Origin: Lama glama
Taxonomy: Eukaryota
Direction of reading: 5' to 3'
Length of the DNA stretch: 64,000 bases
Assembly: GCA_028534125.1 (NCBI GenBank)
Contig: CM052817.1
Coordinates: forward strand, 55,368,001 to 55,432,000
Of the stretch, positions 63,441 to 64,000 are shown piece after piece. Made by a program: the position numbers and the translations under genes. The first letter of the stretch is position 1; each line of letters starts with the position of its first letter. The notes under the pieces are model-generated. The model worked only from the letters and a program-made list of their open reading frames with translations. It was not told the origin of the DNA and searched no databases.

Positions 63441-64000
63441 AACTGGAAGTTAAGACTGCCACCTGGCCACTTTGGGCTCCTCAGAATATTCAGTCAACAG
63501 GCAAAGAAGGGAATTATCATGCTGGCTAGAGTGATTGATCCTGGCTACCAAGGGGAAATGAAAGTGCTGGTTGACAATGGAGCTAAGGAAGAGTATGTCT
63601 CAAATACAGGAGATCTCTTAGGACATCTCTTAGTATCATCATACCCATGGAGAACTATAACATCACAATCCAGGCAAGACTGTTACTTAAACAGACCATT
63701 CAGGAATGAAAGTTTGGATTACCCAACCAGGAAAAGAACTATGACAAACTGCCATGATTGCTGAAGGGAAAGAGAATACAAAATGGTTAGTGAAAGACAG
63801 TAGTTACAAATACTAGCTACAACCACATGACCAGTTACAGAAACAAGGACTGTATTTGTCATGAGTATTTCCTCCATATTTTGTTGTTATTAATACATTT
63901 TTATCTGTGTGTATATTGTGTGTATATATGTGTGTCTGTCTGTCTATCTATCTATCTAACATCTTTGTTTTCTTTCCTCTTGTTATCTTGTCATGTAATA
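63441..64000 (+). pseudogene. Decayed ERV-L internal 3' region including dUTPase
   Basis: NWKLRLPPGHFGLL...QQAKKGIIMLARVIDPGYQGEMKVLVDNGAKEEYVSNTGDLLGHLLV resembles ERV-L dUTPase (VIDPDYQGEI motif). Confidence 0.88.

Overview
AT-rich, CpG-poor mammalian non-coding DNA (intergenic or deep intronic), most likely camelid: there is a Vic-1-like tRNA-Ala-derived SINE at 53921-54004 and several cetartiodactyl-type L1 3' ends. I recognise no host protein-coding exon, rRNA, true tRNA or CRISPR array. The only ORF-track entries with recognisable homology are decayed transposon proteins: L1 ORF2 and ERV-L Gag, RT and dUTPase. By eye, roughly half the window is transposable element. This includes a near-full-length old L1 carrying eight nested insertions (15.4-22.6 kb), a two-LTR MaLR provirus (28.2-31.2 kb), three ERV-L relics, a young solo LTR with a perfect TSD, several young 5'-truncated L1s with TSDs, and L2/MIR/L3/hAT fragments. 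Repeat family names come from my recall of consensus sequences, not a database search, and most boundaries are approximate. I did not find a convincing new biological system. The best unexplained signals are a ~110-bp inverted-repeat pair I cannot assign (9401-9928), a G-U-rich 23-bp hairpin (5362-5412), a fold-back around a low-complexity tract (48735-49017), and candidate non-coding exons or promoter signals at 49-59.5 kb. Splice-site pairs of that kind also arise by chance in 64 kb, so they need RNA evidence.
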